Assembly: GCA_016784145.1 (NCBI GenBank)
Contig: JADHVF010000002.1
Span: 178,357-222,727 of the forward strand
Length of the DNA: 44,371 bases
Direction of reading: 5' to 3'
Origin: Patescibacteria group bacterium
Lineage (GTDB): Bacteria; Patescibacteriota; Patescibacteriia; UBA2591; UBA6264
Shown here: positions 17,950 to 25,077 of the stretch, piece after piece
How positions within the stretch are numbered: position 1 is the stretch's first letter
Layout: every line of letters begins with the position of its first letter
Translations under genes and position numbers: made by a program
The notes under the pieces: generated by a model
The model's database searches: none
Told to the model about the DNA's origin: nothing
Seen by the model: only the letters and a program-made list of their open reading frames with translations

Positions 17950-19038
17950 ATGCGAGTTGCATTAGTTCATGATTTTTTAACTCAATATGGTGGAGCGGAA
18001 AAAGTTTTAGAATCTTTTCATGAAATTTGGCCTAAAGCGCCAATTTTTACTTTATTTTATAACGAGCAAGTAATGGGAGAAAAATTTAAAGATTGGGATA
18101 TTAGGCCTTCTCCGATTCAAAACTTGCCATTAGCAGTTAAAAAATATAGGTGGTATTTACCATTAATGCCTAGCGCTATTGAAAGATTTGATTTAAGTAA
18201 TTTTGATTTAGTTATTTCAGATAGCTCGGCTTATAGTAAAGGTGTAATAACTCAGCCCCAGACAGTTCATATTTCTTACATACATTCGCCTACCAGATAT
18301 TTATGGTCTGATACATATAATTATTTAGAAGGATTGTCTGGTGGAGAAAAGTTAGTTAAAAAGATTTTGCCAATTATTTTAACAAATTTAAGAAAGTGGG
18401 ATTTTATAGCAGCTCAAAGGCCTGATTATTTGTTAGCAAATTCAAAATTTATAGCAGATAGAATTAAAAAATATTATCGTAGAGAAGTGTCTGCAGTTGT
18501 TTATCCTCCGGTTGAAGTTGATAAATTTAAAGTTTCAAAAAAGCTTGAAGATTATTATGTGCTTGTTTCAAGATTTAGACCTTATAAAAAAGTAGATTTA
18601 GCAATCAGAGCTTTTAATAAACTGAAAATTCCTTTAAAAGTTATTGGCACGGGCAATATAGCAGAATTAAAAAAAATAGCTGGTCCTTATATCGAATTTT
18701 TAGGATTTGTCTCTGACCAAGATAAGGCAGATTATTTGTCTAAAGCAAAGGCATTTATTCATCCTCAAGAAGAGGATTTTGGCATTACACCAGTTGAATC
18801 AATGGCTAGTGGCCGACCAGTAATTGCTTATAATTCTGGTGGTGCAACTGAAACAGTTATTCAAGATAAAACAGGTAGTTTTTTTAGTGAGCAGACATGG
18901 GAAAGTTTAGCAGAAGCAGTTGTTAAGTTTGATTATAAAAAATTTGATTCTAATATAATCCAACAACATGCTTCAGGATTTGGAGATAAAAGATTTAAAA
19001 AGCAAATATTAGATTTTGTTAATTTATATGTTAAGTAA
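17950..19038 (+). CDS. Glycosyltransferase, GT4/GT1-type (GT-B fold)
   Basis: The ORF track starts at 17881, inside secF. The preferred start is MRVALVHDFLTQYGGAEKV at 17950. The C-terminal motif is EDFGITPVESMASGRPVIAYNSGGATETV (EX7E-like). Confidence 0.7.
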   Translation: MRVALVHDFLTQYGGAEKVLESFHEIWPKAPIFTLFYNEQVMGEKFKDWDIRPSPIQNLPLAVKKYRWYLPLMPSAIERFDLSNFDLVISDSSAYSKGVITQPQTVHISYIHSPTRYLWSDTYNYLEGLSGGEKLVKKILPIILTNLRKWDFIAAQRPDYLLANSKFIADRIKKYYRREVSAVVYPPVEVDKFKVSKKLEDYYVLVSRFRPYKKVDLAIRAFNKLKIPLKVIGTGNIAELKKIAGPYIEFLGFVSDQDKADYLSKAKAFIHPQEEDFGITPVESMASGRPVIAYNSGGATETVIQDKTGSFFSEQTWESLAEAVVKFDYKKFDSNIIQQHASGFGDKRFKKQILDFVNLYVK

Positions 19039-20587
19039 AAGTTTTAATGCGCAAAATACTGTTGCAGGTGGAGCAATTATCATTGCTCTTTTTTCTGTTA
19101 TTAGTCGTATTTTAGGTCTTTTTAGGGATCGTCTTTTAAGTGGTAATTTTGGAGCTGGTAATGTTTTGGATGCTTATTATGCTTCTTTTCGTTTACCTGA
19201 TTTGGTTTTTCAAATTCTTGTTTTTGGAGCTCTTTCATCTGCTTTTATTCCTGTTTTTTTAGAGCATTTTTCAAAAGATAAAACAAGAGCTTGGGGAATT
19301 ACGAATTTAGTTTTAAATTCTTTGTTTTTAATAATTTTTATTTTTAGTATTATATTTTTTATTTTTGCTCCTTTGCTTGTTGATATAATGGTGCCAGGGT
19401 TTGATGAGAGTACAAAGTCTTTAACTGTTTCTTTAACTAGAATTATGTTACTTGGTTCTTTGTTTTTTACACTAAGCAATGTAGTTAGTAGTGTGTTAAC
19501 TGCTTTAAGAAGGTTTTTAGTTTATAGTTTAGCTCCTGTGATGTATAATATTGGTATTATTTTTGGTATTTTATTTTTAACTAAAACTAATTTAGGAATT
19601 CTTGGCCTGGCCTGGGGAGTTGTTTTAGGGGCTTTCCTTCATTTATTGATACAAATACCAATGTTTTTTAAATTAGGGTTTAAATGGTCTTATAAATTTA
19701 ATATTTTTGACCCAGTTGTAAAGAAAATATTAAAATTAATGTTGCCTCGTTGTTTTGGTTTGGCTGTTTCACAGCTTAATTTTATAGTAATAACATTTAT
19801 TGCTTCAACTATTGCAGTTGGGTCAGTAGCTGTTTATAGCTTGGCTTTTAATTTAATAAGTGTGCCAGTTGGTATTTTTGGCATATCTCTTGCTGTTTCA
19901 CTTTTTCCACTTTTAAGCAAAAGAGTTATTGACAAAGAGTATGGCTTGATTGCACATCAATTTTCAAGGACAATCAGATATATTGCTTATTTAATAATTC
20001 CTGTTTCAGTGTTGTTTATTCTATTGAGAACTCAGATTGTCCGAATAATTTTAGGAACAGGTATTTTCTCGTGGAAAGACACTGTTTTGACAGCTCAAAC
20101 ATTGGGATGGTTTTCCTTTTCTTTATTTGCCCAAACATTGATTCCTGTTTTCGCAAGGTCGTTTTATGCATACCAAGACACGGTTACGCCAGTTAAAATT
20201 GCTTTAATAAGTTTTACGATTAATATTGTGGGGTGTATTTTATTGGCCCCAATAATGGGGGTTTATGGACTGGCTTTAGCTTTTTCTCTTTCTTCTATTA
20301 TTAATATATCTTTATTGTATATTGCTTTTAATAAAAAAAATAAATTAAACACAGCTGAAATTTTTAATTCATTTTTTAAGATAATAGGTTTATCTGCTTT
20401 AATGGTTGTGGTTGTACAGGTAGTTAAGTATCAAATTGGTGATATGGTGAATATGCATACATTTTTAGGTGTTTTTATTCAATTAGTCGTATCAGGATTA
20501 GCAGGCATATTGTTTTATGTTTTGATGAGCTTTGTTTTTAAGTTTAAGGAAATAAAAATATTTTTATATTTTTTAAAAAAAAGATAG
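19028..20587 (+). CDS. murJ: Lipid II flippase MurJ (MviN family)
   Basis: About 519 aa and polytopic. The N-terminal signature is SRILGLFRDRLLSGNFGAG..LDAYYASFRLPDLVFQILVFGALSSAFIPVF. The start could be 19016 or 19028. Confidence 0.8.
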   Translation: MLSKSFNAQNTVAGGAIIIALFSVISRILGLFRDRLLSGNFGAGNVLDAYYASFRLPDLVFQILVFGALSSAFIPVFLEHFSKDKTRAWGITNLVLNSLFLIIFIFSIIFFIFAPLLVDIMVPGFDESTKSLTVSLTRIMLLGSLFFTLSNVVSSVLTALRRFLVYSLAPVMYNIGIIFGILFLTKTNLGILGLAWGVVLGAFLHLLIQIPMFFKLGFKWSYKFNIFDPVVKKILKLMLPRCFGLAVSQLNFIVITFIASTIAVGSVAVYSLAFNLISVPVGIFGISLAVSLFPLLSKRVIDKEYGLIAHQFSRTIRYIAYLIIPVSVLFILLRTQIVRIILGTGIFSWKDTVLTAQTLGWFSFSLFAQTLIPVFARSFYAYQDTVTPVKIALISFTINIVGCILLAPIMGVYGLALAFSLSSIINISLLYIAFNKKNKLNTAEIFNSFFKIIGLSALMVVVVQVVKYQIGDMVNMHTFLGVFIQLVVSGLAGILFYVLMSFVFKFKEIKIFLYFLKKR

Positions 20588-20596
20588 TTTAATTTT

Positions 20597-22438
20597 ATGA
20601 CAAGTTTAAATATTCGTAATTTTTGTATTATTTCTCATATTGACCACGGGAAATCAACTTTAGCTGATCGTCTTTTAGAAATAACAGGCACGGTTAAGAA
20701 AGAACAAATGAAGCCACAGTATCTTGACAAAATGGCTTTAGAAAGAGAAAGGGGGATTACGATTAAATTACAGCCAGTTAGAATGAATTATTCTTTAAAC
20801 AATAAACAATATATTTTAAATCTAATTGATACGCCTGGGCATGCGGATTTTTCTTATGAAGTTTCTCGTTCTTTAGCAGCAGTGGAAGGAGCTATTTTGT
20901 TGATTGATGCTAGGCAAGGGATACAGGCACAAACTTTAGCAAATCTTTATTTGGCTAAAAAACAAAATCTTGTAATTATTCCCGTTATTAATAAAATTGA
21001 TTTGTCTGGAGTTGATTTAGATAAACGGAAAAAAGAATTAGTGGATTTACTGGAAATAGAAGAGGATGATATTGTTTGTATATCTGCTAAAGATGGGAAA
21101 AACATAGAGCAAGTTTTAGCTGTTTTAATAGATAAAGTTCCGTCGCCGGTTATAGATTCAGTAAAGTCATTTCAAGCATTAATTTATGATTCTTTTTTTG
21201 ATGACTACAGAGGAGTGATTGCCTTTGTTCGTGTTTTTAATGGAGTTGTTAAAAAAGATGATAAAATAAAATTATTGGGAACTAAAACTAAAACAATTGT
21301 TACTCAAACGGGCTTTTTTTCACCAGATTTAGTAGCCAAAGACAATTTGTTTGCTGGAGAAATTGGATATATTTCAACTGGCTTAAAAGATATTGAAAAA
21401 TGTCGAGTAGGAGATACTATTTGTTTGGATGGTGATAATGTTGATGCTTTGCCAGGATATGAAGAACCATTGTCAATGGTTTTTGCTGGTATATATCCGA
21501 AAAATGGCGATGAATTTGAAAAATTAAAAAACGCTTTATTAAAATTAAAATTAAATGATTCTAGTTTAAATTTTCAACCAGAAGGATTTTCTGCTGATGG
21601 TAGCTCTGTGCTTGGCAAGGGATTTAGAGTTGGATTTTTAGGGATGCTCCATCTTGATATTGTTCAGGAGCGATTAAAGAGAGAATATGGATTGGATTTG
21701 GTTGTCACATATCCTAATATTGCTTATAGAGTCTTTTCAGATAATCAAGCAAAAGAGTTTAAGACAATTCGTTCTCCTTTGGATTTTACAAATGATTCTT
21801 CAATAACACAGGTTCAAGAGCCTTGGGTGGTTATAAAAATTATTATGCCAGAAGAGTCGCTTGGTTCAGTTATGAACTTTATTACAGAATTTTCAATGGC
21901 ACAAAAATCAGGCAATAAATTTATAGAAATTAAGTATATCGGTTCGGGCATATCAAAACAAAGGCAAGTTATCTTGATATATCACATACCATTTGCATTA
22001 CTGCTGGCTGATTTTTATGACAAGCTTAAAAGTGTATCGCAAGGGTATGCTTCTTATAGCTATAAGATTATTGGTTATTTGCCCACTGATGTAGTTAAGA
22101 TGGATATTTTAATTGCAGGTGATGTGGTTAAGCAATTAGCATCTATTGTCTATAGGGATTTTTCTTATATTCATGGTAGAAAAATTGTTAAAAAATTAAA
22201 AAAACTTTTACCTCGACAACTTTTTGAAGTCAAAATACAAGCAGCTATTAATAATAGAATTTTGGCTTCTGAAAAAATTCCTGCTTTACGAAAAAATGTT
22301 ACGGATAAGCTTTATGGAGGAGATGTCACGAGAAAGAAGAAGTTATTAGCCAAACAAAAAAAAGGCAAAAAGAGAATGATGAAAACAGGAAAGGTAAATA
22401 TACCGTCAGATGTTTATTGGAAATTAATGAAAGGATAA
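20597..22438 (+). CDS. lepA: Elongation factor 4 (LepA)
   Basis: 613 aa with IISHIDHGKSTLADR, DTPGHADF and NKIDL, plus a LepA-specific C-terminal region (..ASYSYKIIGY.., KKKLLAKQKKGKKRMK). Confidence 0.9.
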   Translation: MTSLNIRNFCIISHIDHGKSTLADRLLEITGTVKKEQMKPQYLDKMALERERGITIKLQPVRMNYSLNNKQYILNLIDTPGHADFSYEVSRSLAAVEGAILLIDARQGIQAQTLANLYLAKKQNLVIIPVINKIDLSGVDLDKRKKELVDLLEIEEDDIVCISAKDGKNIEQVLAVLIDKVPSPVIDSVKSFQALIYDSFFDDYRGVIAFVRVFNGVVKKDDKIKLLGTKTKTIVTQTGFFSPDLVAKDNLFAGEIGYISTGLKDIEKCRVGDTICLDGDNVDALPGYEEPLSMVFAGIYPKNGDEFEKLKNALLKLKLNDSSLNFQPEGFSADGSSVLGKGFRVGFLGMLHLDIVQERLKREYGLDLVVTYPNIAYRVFSDNQAKEFKTIRSPLDFTNDSSITQVQEPWVVIKIIMPEESLGSVMNFITEFSMAQKSGNKFIEIKYIGSGISKQRQVILIYHIPFALLLADFYDKLKSVSQGYASYSYKIIGYLPTDVVKMDILIAGDVVKQLASIVYRDFSYIHGRKIVKKLKKLLPRQLFEVKIQAAINNRILASEKIPALRKNVTDKLYGGDVTRKKKLLAKQKKGKKRMMKTGKVNIPSDVYWKLMKG

Positions 22439-22441
22439 ATT

Positions 22442-22834
22442 ATGCCTAGAAAAAAAGAATCAAGTTTAAAAAGTATTATTTCTTCTAAAATATTATTTTA
22501 TGTTTTAATATTATTTATTTTTATTTTAATGCTTTCCTTGATAAGGGAAGTTAATACAAAGATTTATTTAAAAAAAGAATTATCAAGAATACAGAGCCAA
22601 GTTGAATCATTAACAGCCAAAAATACGAATTACTTAGAAGAGATTGAAAAAAGTAAAACAGAATATTTTAAAGAAAAACAGGCTCGTTTAAAAATGGGAT
22701 TAAAAAAACCAGGCGAAGATGTTATAGTTATTGTTCCAGTAGAAGATGATGTTGATGAGCAAAATAAAGGTTTTTTTGAAAAACAAGCATCAAATATAAA
22801 AATCTGGTGGAATCTTTTTTTTAAACCCAACTAA
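22442..22834 (+). CDS. Septum formation initiator-like protein (FtsB/DivIC family; single TM plus coiled coil)
   Basis: 130 aa with a basic N-terminus and one TM segment (ILFYVLILFIFILMLSLI), followed by a heptad-like coiled coil (LKKELSRIQSQVESLTAKNTNYLEEIEK) and a conserved ..ARLKMGLKKPGEDVIVI.. block. Confidence 0.55.
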   Translation: MPRKKESSLKSIISSKILFYVLILFIFILMLSLIREVNTKIYLKKELSRIQSQVESLTAKNTNYLEEIEKSKTEYFKEKQARLKMGLKKPGEDVIVIVPVEDDVDEQNKGFFEKQASNIKIWWNLFFKPN

Positions 22835-22846
22835 TAAATATAATCG

Positions 22847-22901
22847 GTAATTAATAATCGCTAATTGGTAATTAATAATCGCTAATTGGTAATTAATAAG
22901 T
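22847..22901. repeat. 21-bp tandem repeat, about 2.6 copies (GGTAATTAATAATCGCTAATT)
   Basis: Copies at 22847-22867 and 22868-22888 are identical. A partial copy lies at 22889-22901. The reverse complement contains GATTATTAATTAC, which resembles the motif found in the B spacers of the adjacent array. Confidence 0.9.
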
Positions 22902-22921
22902 CTGCCAGGGCCCGATTTTTT

Positions 22922-23366
22922 ACTTAGGGGCAAGGCCCCTAAGTGAAGTAATTCAGGAGATTCGTGCTCAATATCTACTTAGGGGCAAGGCCCCTAAGTG
23001 AAATTGTTGATTATTGATTACTGATTATTGATTTGTAATCTACTTAGGGGCAAGGCCCCTAAGTGAAGTAATTCAGGAGATTCGTGCTCAATATCTACTT
23101 AGGGGCAAGGCCCCTAAGTAACTAAGGAAGAGTGAAATTGTTGATTATTGATTACTGATTATTGATTTGTAATCTACTTAGGGGCAAGGCCCCTAAGTAA
23201 CTAAGGAAGAGTGAAATTGTTGATTATTGATTACTGATTATTGATTTGTAATCTACTTAGGGGCAAGGCCCCTAAGTGAAGTAATTCAGGAGATTCGTGT
23301 TCAATATCTACTTAGGGGCAAGGCCCCTAAGTAACTAAGTGAAATTGTTGAAGGCCCCTAAGTAAC
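22922..23366. repeat. Mosaic array of 7 identical 23-nt GC-rich palindromes (ACTTAGGGGC-AAG-GCCCCTAAGT) plus one half copy, separated by two recurring spacer modules
   Basis: Palindromes start at 22922, 22977, 23042, 23097, 23176, 23255 and 23310, with a half copy at 23351-23366. Spacer A (32 nt) occurs three times, spacer B (42 nt) once and B' (56 nt) twice. No ORF of 60 aa or more lies on either strand. Confidence 0.95.
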
Positions 23367-23451
23367 TTGCCAGGGTCTGACTTAGGCAGTCCTGGTAGTT
23401 TGGCAGTTTCCTGTCAAGTTTTGCTCTAACAAGTTTTAATGGTGTGTTTTT

Positions 23452-23985
23452 ATGGATTACATAATTTTAAAATATATTAATAGCTTTGCGGGAAAATTTT
23501 TATGGCTTGATATGATAGGAATCATAATTACTGATTTTTTGATTTTATTCATGCCTTTGATTATTTTTCTTGTTTATTTTCTTTTTAATAAAAAAAGAAA
23601 AATTTTATATATTTTTCTTAAATTTATGCTTGGCTTTGTACTAGTAATGTCATTTGGTTATTTGATCTCGCAAATAATTGCTAGGCCCAGGCCATTTTTA
23701 GTTTATAGTGAGATTTATCAATTAACAAAATTTAAGATGCTTGTTCAGGATTTTTCGTTTCCATCTCATCATACTGCTAATTCTTTTATCATGGCCATTA
23801 TTGTTTTTTATGATTGGAAAAGATTTGGTTCAATTTTGTTAGTTTTTGCCTTTTTAATAGGTGTTAGCAGAGTTTTTGTGGGGGTCCATTATCCAACAGA
23901 TGTTTTAGGTGGTATTGTTCTGTCTATTATTTGTGCGTTATTAACCAACCATCTTTTATCTCAGCGTGTCAAAACCAGTCCCTAA
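23452..23985 (+). CDS. PAP2-family lipid phosphatase (undecaprenyl-diphosphatase BcrC-like)
   Basis: 177 aa with 5-6 TM segments. It has the acid-phosphatase motifs KX6RP-like (IARPRPF), PSHH and SRVFVGVHYPTD. Confidence 0.75.
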   Translation: MDYIILKYINSFAGKFLWLDMIGIIITDFLILFMPLIIFLVYFLFNKKRKILYIFLKFMLGFVLVMSFGYLISQIIARPRPFLVYSEIYQLTKFKMLVQDFSFPSHHTANSFIMAIIVFYDWKRFGSILLVFAFLIGVSRVFVGVHYPTDVLGGIVLSIICALLTNHLLSQRVKTSP

Positions 23986-24104
23986 CAAGACTAATAAGAG
24001 GGGCATCTTTCTTTTGGATAAGGATTCTCTAAGTACAAATCCATTGTCTTTTTCAATAGCCATTTTACGCATAAAATTTCGACCAACAAAGCAAAGGTGT
24101 TTAA

Positions 24105-24143
24105 AATAAAAAAAGGCTCTTATTTCTAAGAGCCTTTTGTTTT
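24105..24143. terminator. Bidirectional rho-independent terminator
   Basis: A perfect 12-bp stem (AAAAGGCTCTTA 24111-24122 / TAAGAGCCTTTT 24127-24138) with a 4-nt loop. An A-run lies upstream and a T-run downstream. It overlaps the stop codon of the minus-strand small gene. Confidence 0.7.
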
Positions 24144-24347
24144 ATCCACAGAATTTGAAATTAGCAATGGTCCGAGTATCAACATGAATAGCCCAATACA
24201 GAGCAATATAAACCCGCCTAATCCTACTATATGGAGTATTGCTAGTTTTCCTCCTTTTACAATTAGAATTACTCCTATTACAATAGAAAGAAGTTGGAGT
24301 AGTGTTTTGCTAATCTTTTTTTTCATGCTAGTAGCTTTTTTTCTCAT
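24126..24347 (-). CDS. Small hydrophobic protein (73 aa, two predicted TM segments)
   Basis: The ORF track gives 24126..24407. The preferred start is MRKKATSMKKK at 24347, because AGGAG lies about 8 nt upstream on the minus strand. The protein has a basic N-terminus followed by LLQLLSIVIGVILIV and GLGGFILLCIGLFMLILGPLLI. Confidence 0.5.
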   Translation of the reverse strand: MRKKATSMKKKISKTLLQLLSIVIGVILIVKGGKLAILHIVGLGGFILLCIGLFMLILGPLLISNSVDKTKGS

Positions 24348-24419
24348 TTTTTTCTCCTTTTTTAATGAGCAAAAATATTTTTCTTTATAATATATAGAGC
24401 ATGTCATAATTTTTAAATT

Positions 24420-24448
24420 TTGTCAATATAAAATTTTTATGCTAAAAT
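24420..24448 (+). promoter_or_regulatory. Candidate sigma70-type promoter (TTGTCA-17-TAAAAT)
   Basis: The -35 TTGTCA is at 24420-24425, followed by a 17-nt spacer and the -10 TAAAAT at 24443-24448. It sits about 45 nt upstream of the 58-aa ORF. Confidence 0.5.
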
Positions 24449-24493
24449 ATAAATAGATTTGAAAAATAAACAAGAAATAAAAAGGAGGTCAAG

Positions 24494-24670
24494 ATGGACG
24501 AAACAGAAAGAATGACAGAAATGAAAAAACTCGCAGCCGCCCTGGCATTGATATGTGGTTTTTTAAGTTGGTTATGGACATCTAATTCAATCATGGGATT
24601 AATTGTAATGATTCTGGCTTATCTGGTTATTGTTAAGTTGTCTAATAAGAAAAACCAAATAGTTGAATAA
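24494..24670 (+). CDS. Small hydrophobic protein (58 aa), below the ORF-track cutoff
   Basis: Manual translation gives MDETERMTEMKKLAAALALICGFLSWLWTSNSIMGLIVMILAYLVIVKLSNKKNQIVE. A strong RBS (AAAGGAGG) lies 6-7 nt upstream, with its own promoter and terminator. Confidence 0.55.
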   Translation: MDETERMTEMKKLAAALALICGFLSWLWTSNSIMGLIVMILAYLVIVKLSNKKNQIVE

Positions 24671-24677
24671 AAAAAAT

Positions 24678-24710
24678 AAGGGCTGTTACAAAAACAGCCC
24701 TTTAGTTTTG
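24678..24710 (+). terminator. Rho-independent terminator
   Basis: A 10-bp stem (AAGGGCTGTT 24678-24687 / AACAGCCCTT 24693-24702) with loop ACAAA, followed by TAGTTTT. Confidence 0.65.
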
Positions 24711-24758
24711 ACTTGATTATTTTTTTGTTTGTGTTATTATATATTTAGAAGTCATTGA

Positions 24759-24833
24759 CGCGGGGTAGAGCAATGGCAGCTCGTCAGGCCCATAACCTGA
24801 AGGTTGAAGGTTCGAATCCTTCCCCCGCAACCA
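24759..24833 (+). tRNA. tRNA-fMet (initiator, anticodon CAU), CCA encoded
   Basis: Manual cloverleaf: acceptor CGCGGGG/CCCCGCA with a C1xA72 mismatch (the bacterial initiator hallmark), D arm GAGC-AATGGCA-GCTC, anticodon arm TCAGG-CCCATAA-CCTGA, T arm GAAGG-TTCGAAT-CCTTC, discriminator A, then CCA. Confidence 0.85.
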
Positions 24834-24835
24834 TT

Positions 24836-24907
24836 GGCGGTGTAGCTCAGCGGTAGAGCAATGGACTCATAAGCCATGTGTCGCGGGTTCGACTCCCGCC
24901 ACCGCTA
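24836..24907 (+). tRNA. tRNA with CAU anticodon (elongator Met or lysidine-dependent Ile2), no encoded CCA
   Basis: Acceptor GGCGGTG/CACCGCT (G1-U72 wobble), TAGCTCAGCGGTAGAGC D arm, anticodon arm ATGGA-CTCATAA-GCCAT (A31/G39 mismatch), T arm GCGGG-TTCGACT-CCCGC. It starts 2 nt after the previous tRNA. Confidence 0.8.
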
Positions 24908-24938
24908 CTTTTTTATTTTAGCAAGAGAAAAAAATATA

Positions 24939-24979
24939 AAAACAACTCTACATTTAATACAAGAGTTGTTTTATTTTTA
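24939..24979. terminator. Bidirectional terminator between convergent tRNA transcription units
   Basis: An 11-bp stem (AAAACAACTCT 24939-24949 / AGAGTTGTTTT 24962-24972) with a 12-nt loop and T-rich flanks on both strands. Confidence 0.55.
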
Positions 24980-24990
24980 TATTTTAGTAA

Positions 24991-25076
24991 TGGTACCGGA
25001 GGAGGGACTCGAACCCTCAAGGACTAAGTCCATACGATTTTGAATCGCACGTGTATACCAATTCCACCACTCCGGC
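24991..25076 (-). tRNA. tRNA-Leu (anticodon CAA), type II with long variable arm, CCA encoded
   Basis: The reverse complement reads GCCGGAG-TG-GTG..CAC-..TGCGA-TTCAAAA-TCGTA-(variable arm TGGACTTAGTCCTTG)-GAGGG-TTCGAGT-CCCTC-CTCCGGT-A-CCA. It has a G1-U72 wobble. Its 5' end lies 1 nt from the topA stop codon. Confidence 0.85.
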
Positions 25077-25077
25077 T

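Noticed and set aside
22956-23012. Micro-ORFs inside the array (AGGAG-N4-GTG in spacer A, giving 13-17 aa peptides that read through the palindrome).
   Set aside because: The SD-to-start spacing is too short. The start codon would be GTG. The peptides differ between copies depending on the following spacer. The reading frame is made mostly of palindrome sequence. This is more parsimoniously non-coding.
22922-23366. Possible CRISPR array (23-nt palindromic repeats with 32-nt spacing between some copies).
   Set aside because: The 'spacers' are not unique. Spacer A recurs three times and spacer B/B' three times, in a higher-order tandem pattern. Spacer lengths alternate between 32, 42 and 56 nt. 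The repeat is a perfect 10-bp-stem palindrome, shorter than typical CRISPR repeats. No cas genes or leader are visible in 44 kb. A repeat finder would probably raise a false-positive CRISPR call here.
23986-24104. Possible gene remnant on the minus strand (..MRKMAIEKDNGFVLRESLSKRKMPLLLV..) between the PAP2 gene and the bidirectional terminator.
   Set aside because: It is only ~38 codons long and overlaps the PAP2 3' end. It has no RBS and no recognisable domain, and it lies on the wrong side of the terminator for expression. There is not enough evidence to call a CDS or a pseudogene.
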